57,002 nt of DNA, taken from contig CANQYK010000002.1 of assembly GCA_947628065.1 (NCBI GenBank), forward strand, positions 1-57,002. The letters run 5' to 3'. The position numbers were made by a program, and so were the translations under genes. This document shows, piece by piece, positions 34,544-45,006 of the stretch (the stretch's first letter is position 1; each line of letters begins with the position of its first letter). The DNA comes from an uncultured Bacilli bacterium. Its GTDB lineage: Bacteria > Bacillota_I > Bacilli_A > RF39 > UBA660. The notes under the pieces are model-generated. The model was not told the origin of the DNA. It saw only the letters and a program-made list of their open reading frames with translations, and did not search any database.

Positions 34544-36364
34544 GTGTTAGGTGAAATTAGAGAGATTTTAGAAAATAATGTTTATGTAGATTTAACAATA
34601 GATCTTACCAAACAAGTAAACTTAGTAGACTTACATGTTGTTTTTGAAGACAGTGATAAAAAGGTTGTAGGTCAAATATTAAGTACTACAAAAACAACAT
34701 TAAAGGCAAGTATTGTAGGGGAAATAAAAAACAATACTTTTTTACCCGGTGTTAGTGTAAAACCTTCTTTTCGATCTAAAATTCGTCTTATTACGATGCC
34801 AGAATTAGAGCTTATTTTTGGACCTCAAATACCGGGAAAAACAGAAGTAACGTTTGGTTATTCTAATATTTATGAGAATTATCCAATTAATGTTAATATT
34901 AATGGATTTTTCAGTAATCATTTTGCTATTCTTGGAAATAGTGGAAGTGGAAAAAGTTTTACCGTAAGTCGTATTTTACAAAATATATTCTTAGATCGAA
35001 CGAAAGCCCCTGTGAATGCGCGTATTATATTGTTTGATGCTTATGGAGAATATACGCAAGCGTTACAAGATGTTACAAAAGTAAACAATAATATGCACTA
35101 TAAAACCTATACTAGTAATACAGAAATAAAAGAAGAAACCATTAAAATTCCAATATGGTTATTAGGAGTTGATGATTTAGCGCTCCTACTTGATGTTACT
35201 ACCCCCAATCAATTACCAATTATCGAAAAAGCACTTTCTTTGGTTCCTATTTTATCAGGAGAAGAAGAAAAAGTATTAACCTATAAAAATGATATTATAG
35301 CAAGGGCCTTGGAAGATATTTTGTTAAGTGGTCATCAATCAACGAAAATAAGAGATCAAGTAACTGCAGTTTTAACAAAATTTAATACAAAAGATTTGAA
35401 TCTTGATAGTCAAATTGTTCAACCAGGTTATGTAAGGACTTTAAAACAGTGTCTTTTTATTGATAAAACAGGTAAACTTCAAGAAATGGAATTGGTTGTT
35501 AATTTTGTAAAACAATTTATTTTAGAGGAAGAGAGGATTCCTAATGTATCCGATCAAATGATAGCTTATAGTCTAACAAATTTGGAAGAAGCTATGGATT
35601 TTGCATTAATTAGTGAAGGTATTTTAAAAAGTGATAAAGTTTATGATTATGCGAATGTATTAAGTGTTCGTCTTCATTCTCTTGCCAATAGTAAAAATCA
35701 TGTGTTCTTTGAATATCCATCTTATGTAGATCGAAATACATATGTTAATAATTTATTTACCTCCGTTGGTGGAAGCGATTGTCAAATTATTAATTTTAAT
35801 ATTAGTTATATTGATGATCGTCTTGCGAAAGTATTAACCAAAATAATTTCTAAAATTGTTTTTGATTATACAGTAGAAAATCCAACAAGAGGAAGCATGC
35901 CATTTCATATCATTATTGAAGAAGCTCATCGTTATGTTCAAGAAGATACGGATACTGAAATTTTAGGATATAATATTTTTGATCGTATTACAAAAGAGGG
36001 AAGAAAATATGGCACGCTTTTAGGCCTTATTACACAAAGACCAAGTGAATTATCCGATACAGCAATTTCACAGTGTTCTAATTTTATTATTTTAAGAACC
36101 CTTCATCCAAAAGATTTGAATTATATCAAAGAAATGGTTCCCAATATTTCAAGTGAAATGATTGGAACCCTTAAAAACTTAAAGCCAGGAAATTGTATTG
36201 CTTTTGGTAGTGCTTTTAAGGTACCAATTAGTATGGTGTTTAAAAAGCCAGATCCAATTCCACTTTCCAGTAATGTTGATGTTAGTAGTATTTGGTATCA
36301 AGAAAGTGTATCAAGTACAAGTACAATGAGTCAAATACAAGAAATCAGTACAAATACAAATTAA
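34544..36364 (+). CDS. HerA/DUF87-type (FtsK-HerA superfamily) ATPase
   Basis: N-terminal barrel-like region. HFAILGNSGSGKSF (Walker A), FHIIIEEAHRYV (Walker B) and GLITQRPSEL. GTG start follows an AAGGTGA RBS. Confidence 0.8.
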   Translation: MLGEIREILENNVYVDLTIDLTKQVNLVDLHVVFEDSDKKVVGQILSTTKTTLKASIVGEIKNNTFLPGVSVKPSFRSKIRLITMPELELIFGPQIPGKTEVTFGYSNIYENYPINVNINGFFSNHFAILGNSGSGKSFTVSRILQNIFLDRTKAPVNARIILFDAYGEYTQALQDVTKVNNNMHYKTYTSNTEIKEETIKIPIWLLGVDDLALLLDVTTPNQLPIIEKALSLVPILSGEEEKVLTYKNDIIARALEDILLSGHQSTKIRDQVTAVLTKFNTKDLNLDSQIVQPGYVRTLKQCLFIDKTGKLQEMELVVNFVKQFILEEERIPNVSDQMIAYSLTNLEEAMDFALISEGILKSDKVYDYANVLSVRLHSLANSKNHVFFEYPSYVDRNTYVNNLFTSVGGSDCQIINFNISYIDDRLAKVLTKIISKIVFDYTVENPTRGSMPFHIIIEEAHRYVQEDTDTEILGYNIFDRITKEGRKYGTLLGLITQRPSELSDTAISQCSNFIILRTLHPKDLNYIKEMVPNISSEMIGTLKNLKPGNCIAFGSAFKVPISMVFKKPDPIPLSSNVDVSSIWYQESVSSTSTMSQIQEISTNTN

Positions 36365-36425
36365 AGACTTTTCCTTTTTTAAAATTTATGATATTATAAT
36401 TAATAGTTAGGTAGGAGGATAGAAT

Positions 36426-36857
36426 ATGGCATTAAATATTAATAAAATTTTAGGTAGACAAAATGATGATGATAGAGATGAAGAAATAAAAGAGGAGGAA
36501 TTTTATAAAGTGTCAAGAGAAGAATATGAAGATGAGAATGGTGTTGCTGGCAGTAAAATGTTACTTTTAGAACCACGTGCTTATTCGGAAAGTCAACAAA
36601 TCGCCGATCATTTAAAGGATCGTAATTCTGTTGTTGTAAATTTAAAAAGAGTAACACCCGATCAAGCCAAAAGAATTGTAGATTTCTTATCTGGTACCAT
36701 ATATGCAATTGGGGGAGATTTACAAAAATTAGGGGGAGGAATTTTTCTTTGTACTCCAAATAATGTGAATGTAGAAGGAAAAATTTCGGATGATAATGCA
36801 CCAAGTAAACCAGTAAAGAAAACCAAAAAAGAAGAAGAAGACGAATTTGATTGGTAA
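36426..36857 (+). CDS. sepF: Cell division protein SepF
   Basis: The core [28 protein letters not shown]...DFLSG..YA.GG....L matches SepF. Confidence 0.85.
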   Translation: MALNINKILGRQNDDDRDEEIKEEEFYKVSREEYEDENGVAGSKMLLLEPRAYSESQQIADHLKDRNSVVVNLKRVTPDQAKRIVDFLSGTIYAIGGDLQKLGGGIFLCTPNNVNVEGKISDDNAPSKPVKKTKKEEEDEFDW

Positions 36858-36885
36858 AGAAGACCCGAAAAGGGGTGAATAGAGA

Positions 36886-37323
36886 ATGGATAAATTTCAT
36901 TATGAGGAAAATGGATATAATCGAAGCGAAGTTCATGCTTTTATTGAAAATGTTATCAAAGAAACAGAAGACCTTATAAAAAAATATCAGGAACAAAAAA
37001 ATAGTATTAAACAGTTAGAGAATAGAATAAAAAGTTATGAACAGTTAGAAGAGACCATTAAACAATCTTTAATTAATGCTGAAAAAACAAGTGATAATTT
37101 AAAACGTCTTGCAAGAGAAGAAGCAGATGTTATCGTTCATGATGCGAAAAGTAATGCTTCTCGTATTGTAAATGAAGCACTCATCAAAGCAGAAAGAATC
37201 GAACAACGAGCAGATACGTTAGAGAGAAATATGAAAATTTTTAAACGAAAATTAAAGATTATTGTAGAACAACAAATGGCAGTAGTAGAGGAAATAGAGG
37301 TGTTGGACTTAAAAGATGATTAA
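36886..37323 (+). CDS. divIVA: DivIVA domain protein
   Basis: N-terminal F....NGYNRSEVHAFIENV followed by a coiled coil. Confidence 0.75.
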   Translation: MDKFHYEENGYNRSEVHAFIENVIKETEDLIKKYQEQKNSIKQLENRIKSYEQLEETIKQSLINAEKTSDNLKRLAREEADVIVHDAKSNASRIVNEALIKAERIEQRADTLERNMKIFKRKLKIIVEQQMAVVEEIEVLDLKDD

Positions 37324-37351
37324 GTCTCTTTTTCCTTATGAAAGGAGAAAT

Positions 37352-37993
37352 ATGTTAGAAGATTTAAATGAAGAATTTGAAATTTTAAAACATGAATATA
37401 CCGCTGCGTTAAAAACATTAGAGACCGAAATATCAATTTTACTTAAGGATTTTGAATTTCAGTATAAGTATAATCCTGTAGAGCATATCAAAAGTAGAAT
37501 CAAAAAGTATGATAGTGTTGTAAACAAGTTAGTTAGTAGAAATTATGAATTAACGGTTCAAAATGTGAAAGAACATGTTCATGATATGGTAGGAATTCGA
37601 ATTGTTTGTTCTTTTTTACCAGATGTATATACTATTGTTCATTTGCTGGAGTCAAGTAAACAGCTTGTTATTCATAAAAAGAAAGATTATATTTCGCATC
37701 CAAAGGATACAGGGTATTCTAGCTATCATTTATTGGTATATGTTCCAGTTCATTTGATTAATGGTGTCAAAATGGTAGAAGCAGAAATTCAAATACGAAC
37801 GCTTGCAATGGATTTTTGGGCTAGTTTGGATCATAAAATTCGTTATAAATTTCAAGGTGATATTCCAAAAGAGATTAAGGATAATATGTATAAGTGTGCT
37901 CTTGACATTAGTGATTTGGACCATAAAATGTTAATTATGAATGATAAGATGCAATCCTTTGCAGAAATAAATAAAATGGATGAAATGATATAA
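37352..37993 (+). CDS. Small alarmone synthetase (RelQ/RelP-type GTP pyrophosphokinase)
   Basis: GIRIVCSF, GYSSYHLLV and EIQIRTLAMDFWASLDHKIRYK. Start ATG at 37352 follows an AAAGGAG RBS. Confidence 0.85.
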   Translation: MLEDLNEEFEILKHEYTAALKTLETEISILLKDFEFQYKYNPVEHIKSRIKKYDSVVNKLVSRNYELTVQNVKEHVHDMVGIRIVCSFLPDVYTIVHLLESSKQLVIHKKKDYISHPKDTGYSSYHLLVYVPVHLINGVKMVEAEIQIRTLAMDFWASLDHKIRYKFQGDIPKEIKDNMYKCALDISDLDHKMLIMNDKMQSFAEINKMDEMI

Positions 37994-38009
37994 AAAGTAG
38001 TGGTGTAGG

Positions 38010-38747
38010 ATGAGTAAAAGAGAAAAGAAAAAATTAATAAAATTAGGTTATTCTATTTTCTTACTTTTGGTATTAACTCTTTGTGTTTATTATCAAGATG
38101 ATATAAAGAAGATGATTAGTTATGCTATGCCAGAAGAAGAAAGAATTACTTACGATTTAAGTGAGGTACCAGAGTATTCTTCTAGTCCTTATGTCATATT
38201 AAACGATAACAAACCAGAGTTTGAAGAAAAAGATTTAACAACAAAATCGTTTGAAAAATATAGTAATTTAGATTCTCTTGGTCGTTGTGGTGTAGCATAT
38301 GCCAATGTATCGGTTGATACGATGCCAACAGAGAAACGTGGAAGTATTGGTATGGTAAAACCATCGGGATGGCATACTGTAAAATATGATATTGTAGATG
38401 GAAAGTATCTTTATAATCGTTGTCACTTAATTGGATATCAATTAACAGGAGAAAACGCCAATACTAAGAATTTAATTACTTGTACAAGATATATGAATAC
38501 CGTTGGTATGTTAGAGTTTGAAAACCAAGTAGCAGACTATGTAAAAAAGACAAACAATCATGTTTTATACCGCGTAACTCCAATTTATGAAGGAAATAAT
38601 TTACTAGCAAGTGGTGTTACGATGGAAGCAAAGTCAGTAGAAGATCATGGAGAAGGGTTACAGTTTTTTGTTTACGTTTATAATGTACAAGATGGTATAA
38701 AAATAGATTATCAAACAGGAGAGAGTGTATTAAAGACAGAAAGTTAA
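38010..38747 (+). CDS. Secreted or membrane-anchored DNA/RNA non-specific endonuclease (EndA/NucA-like)
   Basis: N-terminal TM. LGRCGVA...PSGW...YNRCHLIGYQLTGENAN..NL.T.TR.MN pattern. Confidence 0.75.
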   Translation: MSKREKKKLIKLGYSIFLLLVLTLCVYYQDDIKKMISYAMPEEERITYDLSEVPEYSSSPYVILNDNKPEFEEKDLTTKSFEKYSNLDSLGRCGVAYANVSVDTMPTEKRGSIGMVKPSGWHTVKYDIVDGKYLYNRCHLIGYQLTGENANTKNLITCTRYMNTVGMLEFENQVADYVKKTNNHVLYRVTPIYEGNNLLASGVTMEAKSVEDHGEGLQFFVYVYNVQDGIKIDYQTGESVLKTES

Positions 38748-38817
38748 AAAAATTGTCTTTTTTTCTTTCTATATTTTTCCATTTTCTTATGGTATACTTC
38801 TAATAGGATGTGATAAG

Positions 38818-40056
38818 ATGAAACAAAAAATAATTATTATTGCAAGTATTATTCTTGTTCTTTTATCGTTACTTTTTTATTACAATGGAAAGGAAGTTGA
38901 AAACCAAAAACAATTAGAATCCAAAGAGGAAGAAGAGAGAAAAATAGAAGAAAAGATGAAGAAGAATTATGGGGAGAAAGTAAGAACGGAAGGTAAAGTA
39001 AACTTGTTTCAAAAAGAAGAGAAAAAATATAAGAAAATAGGAACTATGAATGAAAATATTATTTTATCCTTAGAAGAACAAAAAGATTTTGATGCAAAGA
39101 ATCCTTATTTTAAGATAAAAGATACCAATTATTATATTTCTTATCAAGATCTGATGAAAACAGAAGAGACGCCATCTCTTCGTTATCAAGACTATATTTC
39201 CTTTCCAATTAAGATAACGACAAAAGAAAATACTAAATTTTATCAAGAAGAAAAAGAAGCTTTTTCTCTCAAAGAAAGCCTAACTCTTGATGTTATTGTA
39301 AAAAAAGAAGATTCTTACGGTATATCTTATTTTAATCAATTGTTCTTTGTGAAAAAGGAAGATGTTTTAAAAGAAGAAGAGATGGAAGTAGTAGAAGAAG
39401 TAGCAGAACAGATTCCTGTTTTAAATTATCACTTTATTTATTTAAATGGTGATACGAGTTGTAAGGAACAAATTTGTCATAGTGAAGATCAAATCAATTC
39501 TCATTTTTCTTATTTCCAAGAAAATAAGGTATTAACAATCACAACAAGTGAATTGGAACAATTTATAGACGATGAAATAAGACTTCCCAAAAAAAGTGTT
39601 TTGCTTACCATTGATGATGGGGCAAGAGCAGAAAAATTTATTCCTTTCTTAGAGAAGTATCAGGTAAGAGCGACTTTATTTTTAGTATCTTCTTGGTATG
39701 ATAAAAATACATTCTCATCCCCTTATATGGAACTTGCAAGTCATACGCATGATATGCATACAACAGGAGTTTGTCCTAGCGGACAAGGTGGTGGAATTCG
39801 TTGTTTGGAGGAAGAAAAAATACAAGAAGATTTAAAGAAAAGTAGAGAAACACTTAATAATACAACCGCTTTTTGTTACCCTTTTTATGAATACAATGAT
39901 TATGCAATTGAACAAGTAAAAAAAGCAGGGTTTACCATTGCTTTTGTTGGGGGAAATCGAAAAGTAACACATGATACTGATAAATACAAAGTACCAAGAT
40001 ATCCAATACATAGTTATCATGATGTATCTTATGTAAAACAAATTGTAGAAAGTTAG
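38818..40056 (+). CDS. Polysaccharide deacetylase (NodB domain) with N-terminal anchor
   Basis: LLTIDDGARAE, ATLFLVS and HTHDMH are NodB motifs. Confidence 0.8.
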   Translation: MKQKIIIIASIILVLLSLLFYYNGKEVENQKQLESKEEEERKIEEKMKKNYGEKVRTEGKVNLFQKEEKKYKKIGTMNENIILSLEEQKDFDAKNPYFKIKDTNYYISYQDLMKTEETPSLRYQDYISFPIKITTKENTKFYQEEKEAFSLKESLTLDVIVKKEDSYGISYFNQLFFVKKEDVLKEEEMEVVEEVAEQIPVLNYHFIYLNGDTSCKEQICHSEDQINSHFSYFQENKVLTITTSELEQFIDDEIRLPKKSVLLTIDDGARAEKFIPFLEKYQVRATLFLVSSWYDKNTFSSPYMELASHTHDMHTTGVCPSGQGGGIRCLEEEKIQEDLKKSRETLNNTTAFCYPFYEYNDYAIEQVKKAGFTIAFVGGNRKVTHDTDKYKVPRYPIHSYHDVSYVKQIVES

Positions 40057-40059
40057 CTT

Positions 40060-41322
40060 TTAAATATATTCAATAGGGACATAATAATTGTGATCATCAA
40101 TTGCCATAATTTCTTTTGTAAGGCATAAAACGATTCCATTTTCTATTTCCATATTGAATTTTTTTACTACCTCAAAATTTTTAATGGCTTCCTGTCCAGG
40201 ATTACTACTTTTTTTAATTTCAATTGGATAGACTTTATTGTTGTATAAAATTAATAAATCAATTTCTTTTTGATTGCTATCACGATAAAAATAGATATGT
40301 TTTCTAGGATCCATTCCTTTGTTTGTAAAAGTCTTAATAATTTCACTCACTATAAAGGTTTCAAAAATTGCACCACTATAAGTTGTTTTTTCTAATACTT
40401 TTGCATCGTTATATCCAGTTAAATAACAAGCAAGACCAGTATCCATAAAATAAATTTTTGGTCTTTTGATTGCTTTTTTTACATTGTTGTTTGCATATGG
40501 TTGTAACAAATAAAGAATACCTGTGTTTTTTAAAATCGATAACCATTCTTCTACTGTTTTATTGTCAATGCCAATTTCTGATCCTACTTTACTTGCATTC
40601 CATTCTTGACCTGTTCTAGCTGCAATAGAAGAGAGAAATTTTACAAACTTATTTTCATCTTTTACATTAATAATTTCTCTTATATCTCTTTCAATGTAAG
40701 TCCGAATATAGGAACTATAGTAATGTTCTACTGGAATGTTAGTATCATTATAAACTTCAGGGTAACTGCCTTTTATGATGCGTTCAAAAATTTTTGTGGT
40801 TGAAAGTCGTTTTTGTGGCGTTTTCTTTTTTAATTCTGAAATGTTTGGAATAAAAGCTTCTTCCTCTAAATTTTCAAGTTCTCGATTCGAAAAAGCAAAC
40901 AAATCAAAAATACCAACACGACCGGCAAGAGATTCCGAAACATTTTTCATTGTTTGAAACACTTGACTACCTGTAAGATAATATAAAGTTCCAACTTCTT
41001 TTTTATTTTCAAACAAAGCGTTTTTTCTTGCTTCATCCACTGTTATTTTAAGATAAGAAAGAAGTTTTGGGGCATACTGAAATTCATCAATAACAAGTGG
41101 TGTTTCATAGTTTCGTAAAAATAATTCTGGATCTTCATTCGCTTGGGTACGAAGTAACATATCACCAAGACTGACAAAATTAATTTTTTGTTTTGTTGTA
41201 TTTGTTAAATGATGTAGTAATGTTTTTTTCCCAACTTGTCTAGGACCCGTAATCATAAGAATAGGATATTTTCCAATAAAATTTTTTATCGTATTTTCTA
41301 ACACTCTATTTTTATATTCCAT
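40060..41322 (-). CDS. AAA+ ATPase (AAA_14) with DUF4143-like C-terminal domain
   Basis: Walker A GPRQVGKKT and Walker B VIDEFQ. C-terminal KEIDLLILYNNKVYPIEIKKS. Second member of this family in the window. Confidence 0.75.
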   Translation of the reverse strand: MEYKNRVLENTIKNFIGKYPILMITGPRQVGKKTLLHHLTNTTKQKINFVSLGDMLLRTQANEDPELFLRNYETPLVIDEFQYAPKLLSYLKITVDEARKNALFENKKEVGTLYYLTGSQVFQTMKNVSESLAGRVGIFDLFAFSNRELENLEEEAFIPNISELKKKTPQKRLSTTKIFERIIKGSYPEVYNDTNIPVEHYYSSYIRTYIERDIREIINVKDENKFVKFLSSIAARTGQEWNASKVGSEIGIDNKTVEEWLSILKNTGILYLLQPYANNNVKKAIKRPKIYFMDTGLACYLTGYNDAKVLEKTTYSGAIFETFIVSEIIKTFTNKGMDPRKHIYFYRDSNQKEIDLLILYNNKVYPIEIKKSSNPGQEAIKNFEVVKKFNMEIENGIVLCLTKEIMAIDDHNYYVPIEYI

Positions 41323-41524
41323 AGAATATCACCTCGGTAATAGTATAATATATTTTTATTGAAAAAAATACGTAAAATTAGATAAATTAGGACTACAATT
41401 CCAAATTTCTCTAAAAAAGTTATTTATGTTGTTTTTATTTGTCTGTAAATTAATTTTGAAAAAAAGTGGATAAAAGAGTTTTCCTGTTATATAATGTTAA
41501 TAGTAAATAGAAAAGAGTGATACA

Positions 41525-44500
41525 ATGAAAAAAATAATGGATGGAAATGAAGCTTGTAGTTATGTCGCATATAATTTTACGGAGGTTGCAGGAATTTATC
41601 CAATCACACCTGCATCTCCTATGGCTGAGTTGGTAGATGCTTGGTCGAGTGAAGGAAAAGAAAACTTTTTCAACCAAAAAGTAAAAGTAATAGAGATGCA
41701 AAGTGAAGCAGGTGCAGCTGGTCTTGTTCATGGAAGCTTAGAAGCAGGATGTCTTACGACGACCTTTACTGCAAGTCAAGGACTACTACTTATGATTCCT
41801 AATATGTATAAAATAGCAGGAGAACTCCTACCTTGTGTTATCCATGTCGCATCGCGTTCTTTGTCAACCCATGCCCTTTCTATTTTTGGCGATCATCAAG
41901 ATATTTATGCAGCAAGAAGCACAGGTTTTGCGATGCTTGCTTCTAGTTCTCCACAACAAGTAATGGATCTTACCTCAGTAAGTCATCTTGCAGCGATCAA
42001 AGGAAGAGTACCTTTTCTTAACTTTTTTGATGGTTTCAGGACCAGTCATGAGTTACAAAAAATAGATGTTATTGATTTGAATAAAGTAAAGCGCTTAGTG
42101 GATAAGAAAGCCTTAGACTCTTTTCGGAAAAATTCTTTAACGCTTGAAAGTAATATAACAAGAGGAGAAAGTGAAAACGATGATATCTATTTTCAAGCAA
42201 CCGAGGTTCGAAATCCTTATTATGAAAAGCTTCCAGATATTGTAAATGATTATATGCAAGAAATTAATAAAATAACAGGAAGAAATTATGCTCCATTTAA
42301 TTATTATGGATCCAAAACAGCAAAAAAAGTTATTATTGCCATGGGAAGTGTTTGTGAAACCATTAAGGAAACCATTGATTATTTAATCGCTCAGAAAGAA
42401 GAAGTAGGACTTGTTGAGGTCCATTTGTATCGACCATTTTCGGCAAAATATTTCTTAAAAAGTATTCCTAAAACAGTATCGAAAATAGCAGTTCTTGATC
42501 GAACCAAAGAAATAGGAAGTAGTGGGGAACCTCTTTATCTTGATGTTTGTAGTGTTATAAAAAATGTAAAAAAAGAAATTACAGTTGTAGGAGGACGTTA
42601 TGGATTGTCGAGTAAAAATACCACTCCTAGTATGATAAAGGCAGTCTTTGATTCTCTTGATCAACCAAAAAATAACTTTACCATTGGAATTGAAGATGAC
42701 GTTACCAAGTTAAGTTTGGATTATGATAAATCTTTTCATCTTCCAAAAAAGAATGAGACCTCTTTTAAAGTTTTTGGTTATGGAAGCGATGGAATGGTAT
42801 CGGCTTGTAAAGATTTAATGAAGATAACAGGAAATGCCACCGATGCTTATGTACAAGGTTACTTTCAATACGATTCTAAAAAAAGTGGTGGTGTTACCAT
42901 TAGTCACTTACGGTTTGGAAAACAAGAGATCAGATCTACTTACTATGTAGAAGAAGCCCATCTCGTTGTATGTACCCAAGATGTTTATTTAAAGAAATTT
43001 GATGTTTTATCGTCGTTAGAAGAAAACGGTATTTTCTTACTTAATACAACCCGCTCCAAAGAAGAATTAGGAGATTTGTTTACCGAAGAACAAGTAGAAT
43101 TTTTAAAAAAGAAAAAAATCAAATTTTATCTTGTTGATGCTTCTAAGATTGCCAAAAAGAATGGACTTGGAAATAAAATCAGTGCCATTATGGAAAGTTT
43201 AATGTTCCAGTTTGGTCATATCATTGATAGTAAGTATGCGATGAAAAAAATGGAAGAAAATTTAACGACTCGTTTTGAAAAGAAAGGAAATACCTTAGCA
43301 AAGAAAAACATAAAAGCAATCAAAGAAGCAATGGATGCTTGTGTGTTTGTTGATTCTATTACACCAAGTGATCAGACATCGATTAAAGATATTTCCAATC
43401 ATGTTTTTGAATTAATTGATAAAAGAGAAGGAAACAATCTTCCTGTCAGTGCCTTTCAAGATCGCCCCGATGGAACAGTAGAAGGTGGGCTTAGCCATTT
43501 AGAAAAAAGAGATATTAGTGAAGTAGTTCCAAAGTATAAAAAAGAAAACTGTATTACTTGTAATATGTGTTCTCTTGTTTGTCCTCATGCTGTCATAAGA
43601 CCAAGATTATTAACAGAAGAAGAAGTAGAAAAAGGGGGACAAGAGGTAAAAGATTCGGTAATAAAAACATCTTTAGGAGACAACTTATCCTTTACGATTA
43701 CGGTTAGTTTAAAAGATTGTACGGGTTGTGGATTATGTGCATCTGTTTGTCCTGGTAAAAAGGGAGAAAAAGCACTTGAGATGGTATCGAAGAAAAAATT
43801 GATGAGTGAAAGTAATTTAAGAAAAGAAGATTATTTATGGAATGAAGTAAGTGAAAAAGATGTCATGAATAAAAATACTGTAAAGGGAAGCCAATTTCGA
43901 AATCCACGCTTTGCGTTTAGTGGTGCTTGTGCAGGGTGCGGAGAAACGCCTTATTTAAAGCTTTTAACACAGTTGTTTGGTGATCGTTTGGTAATTGCCA
44001 ATGCGACTGGTTGTTCTTCTATTTATTCATCGAGTAGTCCATCAACGACCTATACGGTTCCATGGGCAAGTTCTTTGTTTGAAGATAATGCAGAGTTTGG
44101 AATGGGAATGAAAGTGGCAGATACTGTTAAGAAGAATCAAATTAAAAAGATCATAGAAGAAAATCTTTCAAAAGTAGAAAAAGAGGAAAAGAAAATCTAT
44201 CAAGATTATCTTGATCATGTAGATGAAGAAACAGGAAAAGCTCTTCTTGCTGTTATTCCGCATACAAAAATAAAACCTTTAAAATCACTCAAACGTTATA
44301 TTTTACCAATTTCTCTTTGGAGTATTGGAGGCGATGGTTGGGCTTATGATATTGGCTATAGTGGAATTGATCATGTTTTAGCAAGCAATATCAATATGAA
44401 TATTTTAGTTCTTGATACAGAGGTGTATTCCAATACCGGAGGACAAGCGAGTAAATCAACAAGAGTAGGTGCGGTATCGAAGTTTGCTGCCAATGGAAAG

Positions 44501-44950
44501 AAAACCATGAAAAAGGATTTAGCAAAAATTGCTTTGACGTATCCCAATGTCTATGTAGCGTGTATTTCTTTAGGAGCCAATCCACAAGCTACCATCAAAG
44601 TATTAGAAGAAGCAGAAAAATACGATGGACCAAGTCTTATTATTGCTTATTCTCCATGTATTGCCCAAGGTATTTTAAAAGGAATGCATAATTCCGTCGA
44701 AGAGATGCGTCTTGCGACAAAATCAGGTTATTTCCCAATTTTCCATTACAATCCAGAAACCAAAGAGTTCAAGATGGATTCGAAATCGGATTTTAGTCGT
44801 TATCAAGACTTTTTACAAGGAGAAGATCGCTATCATTCTTTGGAAAAAATTGATAAAAAAGAAAGCAAAAGGTTATTAAAAGAAAATGAAGAAAATGCCA
44901 AAGCAAGATATGACTATTATAAACAACTAGAAAAGAAGAAAGAAGAGTAA
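41525..44950 (+). CDS. nifJ: Pyruvate:ferredoxin (flavodoxin) oxidoreductase
   Basis: MDGNEA...YPITPAS. Two ferredoxin-type motifs, CITCNMCSLVCPH and CTGCGLCASVCP. TPP region GGDGWAYDIG. Confidence 0.95.
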   Translation: MKKIMDGNEACSYVAYNFTEVAGIYPITPASPMAELVDAWSSEGKENFFNQKVKVIEMQSEAGAAGLVHGSLEAGCLTTTFTASQGLLLMIPNMYKIAGELLPCVIHVASRSLSTHALSIFGDHQDIYAARSTGFAMLASSSPQQVMDLTSVSHLAAIKGRVPFLNFFDGFRTSHELQKIDVIDLNKVKRLVDKKALDSFRKNSLTLESNITRGESENDDIYFQATEVRNPYYEKLPDIVNDYMQEINKITGRNYAPFNYYGSKTAKKVIIAMGSVCETIKETIDYLIAQKEEVGLVEVHLYRPFSAKYFLKSIPKTVSKIAVLDRTKEIGSSGEPLYLDVCSVIKNVKKEITVVGGRYGLSSKNTTPSMIKAVFDSLDQPKNNFTIGIEDDVTKLSLDYDKSFHLPKKNETSFKVFGYGSDGMVSACKDLMKITGNATDAYVQGYFQYDSKKSGGVTISHLRFGKQEIRSTYYVEEAHLVVCTQDVYLKKFDVLSSLEENGIFLLNTTRSKEELGDLFTEEQVEFLKKKKIKFYLVDASKIAKKNGLGNKISAIMESLMFQFGHIIDSKYAMKKMEENLTTRFEKKGNTLAKKNIKAIKEAMDACVFVDSITPSDQTSIKDISNHVFELIDKREGNNLPVSAFQDRPDGTVEGGLSHLEKRDISEVVPKYKKENCITCNMCSLVCPHAVIRPRLLTEEEVEKGGQEVKDSVIKTSLGDNLSFTITVSLKDCTGCGLCASVCPGKKGEKALEMVSKKKLMSESNLRKEDYLWNEVSEKDVMNKNTVKGSQFRNPRFAFSGACAGCGETPYLKLLTQLFGDRLVIANATGCSSIYSSSSPSTTYTVPWASSLFEDNAEFGMGMKVADTVKKNQIKKIIEENLSKVEKEEKKIYQDYLDHVDEETGKALLAVIPHTKIKPLKSLKRYILPISLWSIGGDGWAYDIGYSGIDHVLASNINMNILVLDTEVYSNTGGQASKSTRVGAVSKFAANGKKTMKKDLAKIALTYPNVYVACISLGANPQATIKVLEEAEKYDGPSLIIAYSPCIAQGILKGMHNSVEEMRLATKSGYFPIFHYNPETKEFKMDSKSDFSRYQDFLQGEDRYHSLEKIDKKESKRLLKENEENAKARYDYYKQLEKKKEE

Positions 44951-45006
44951 AAAGACTTGTTCTTCTTCTTTTTTCTTGTTATAGTAAGTATGGAAGTAGG
45001 TGTAGT

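Noticed and set aside
36439-36996. A 185-aa minus-strand ORF.
   Set aside because: It is antisense to the clearly recognisable sepF and divIVA genes and is a low-complexity hydrophobic translation.
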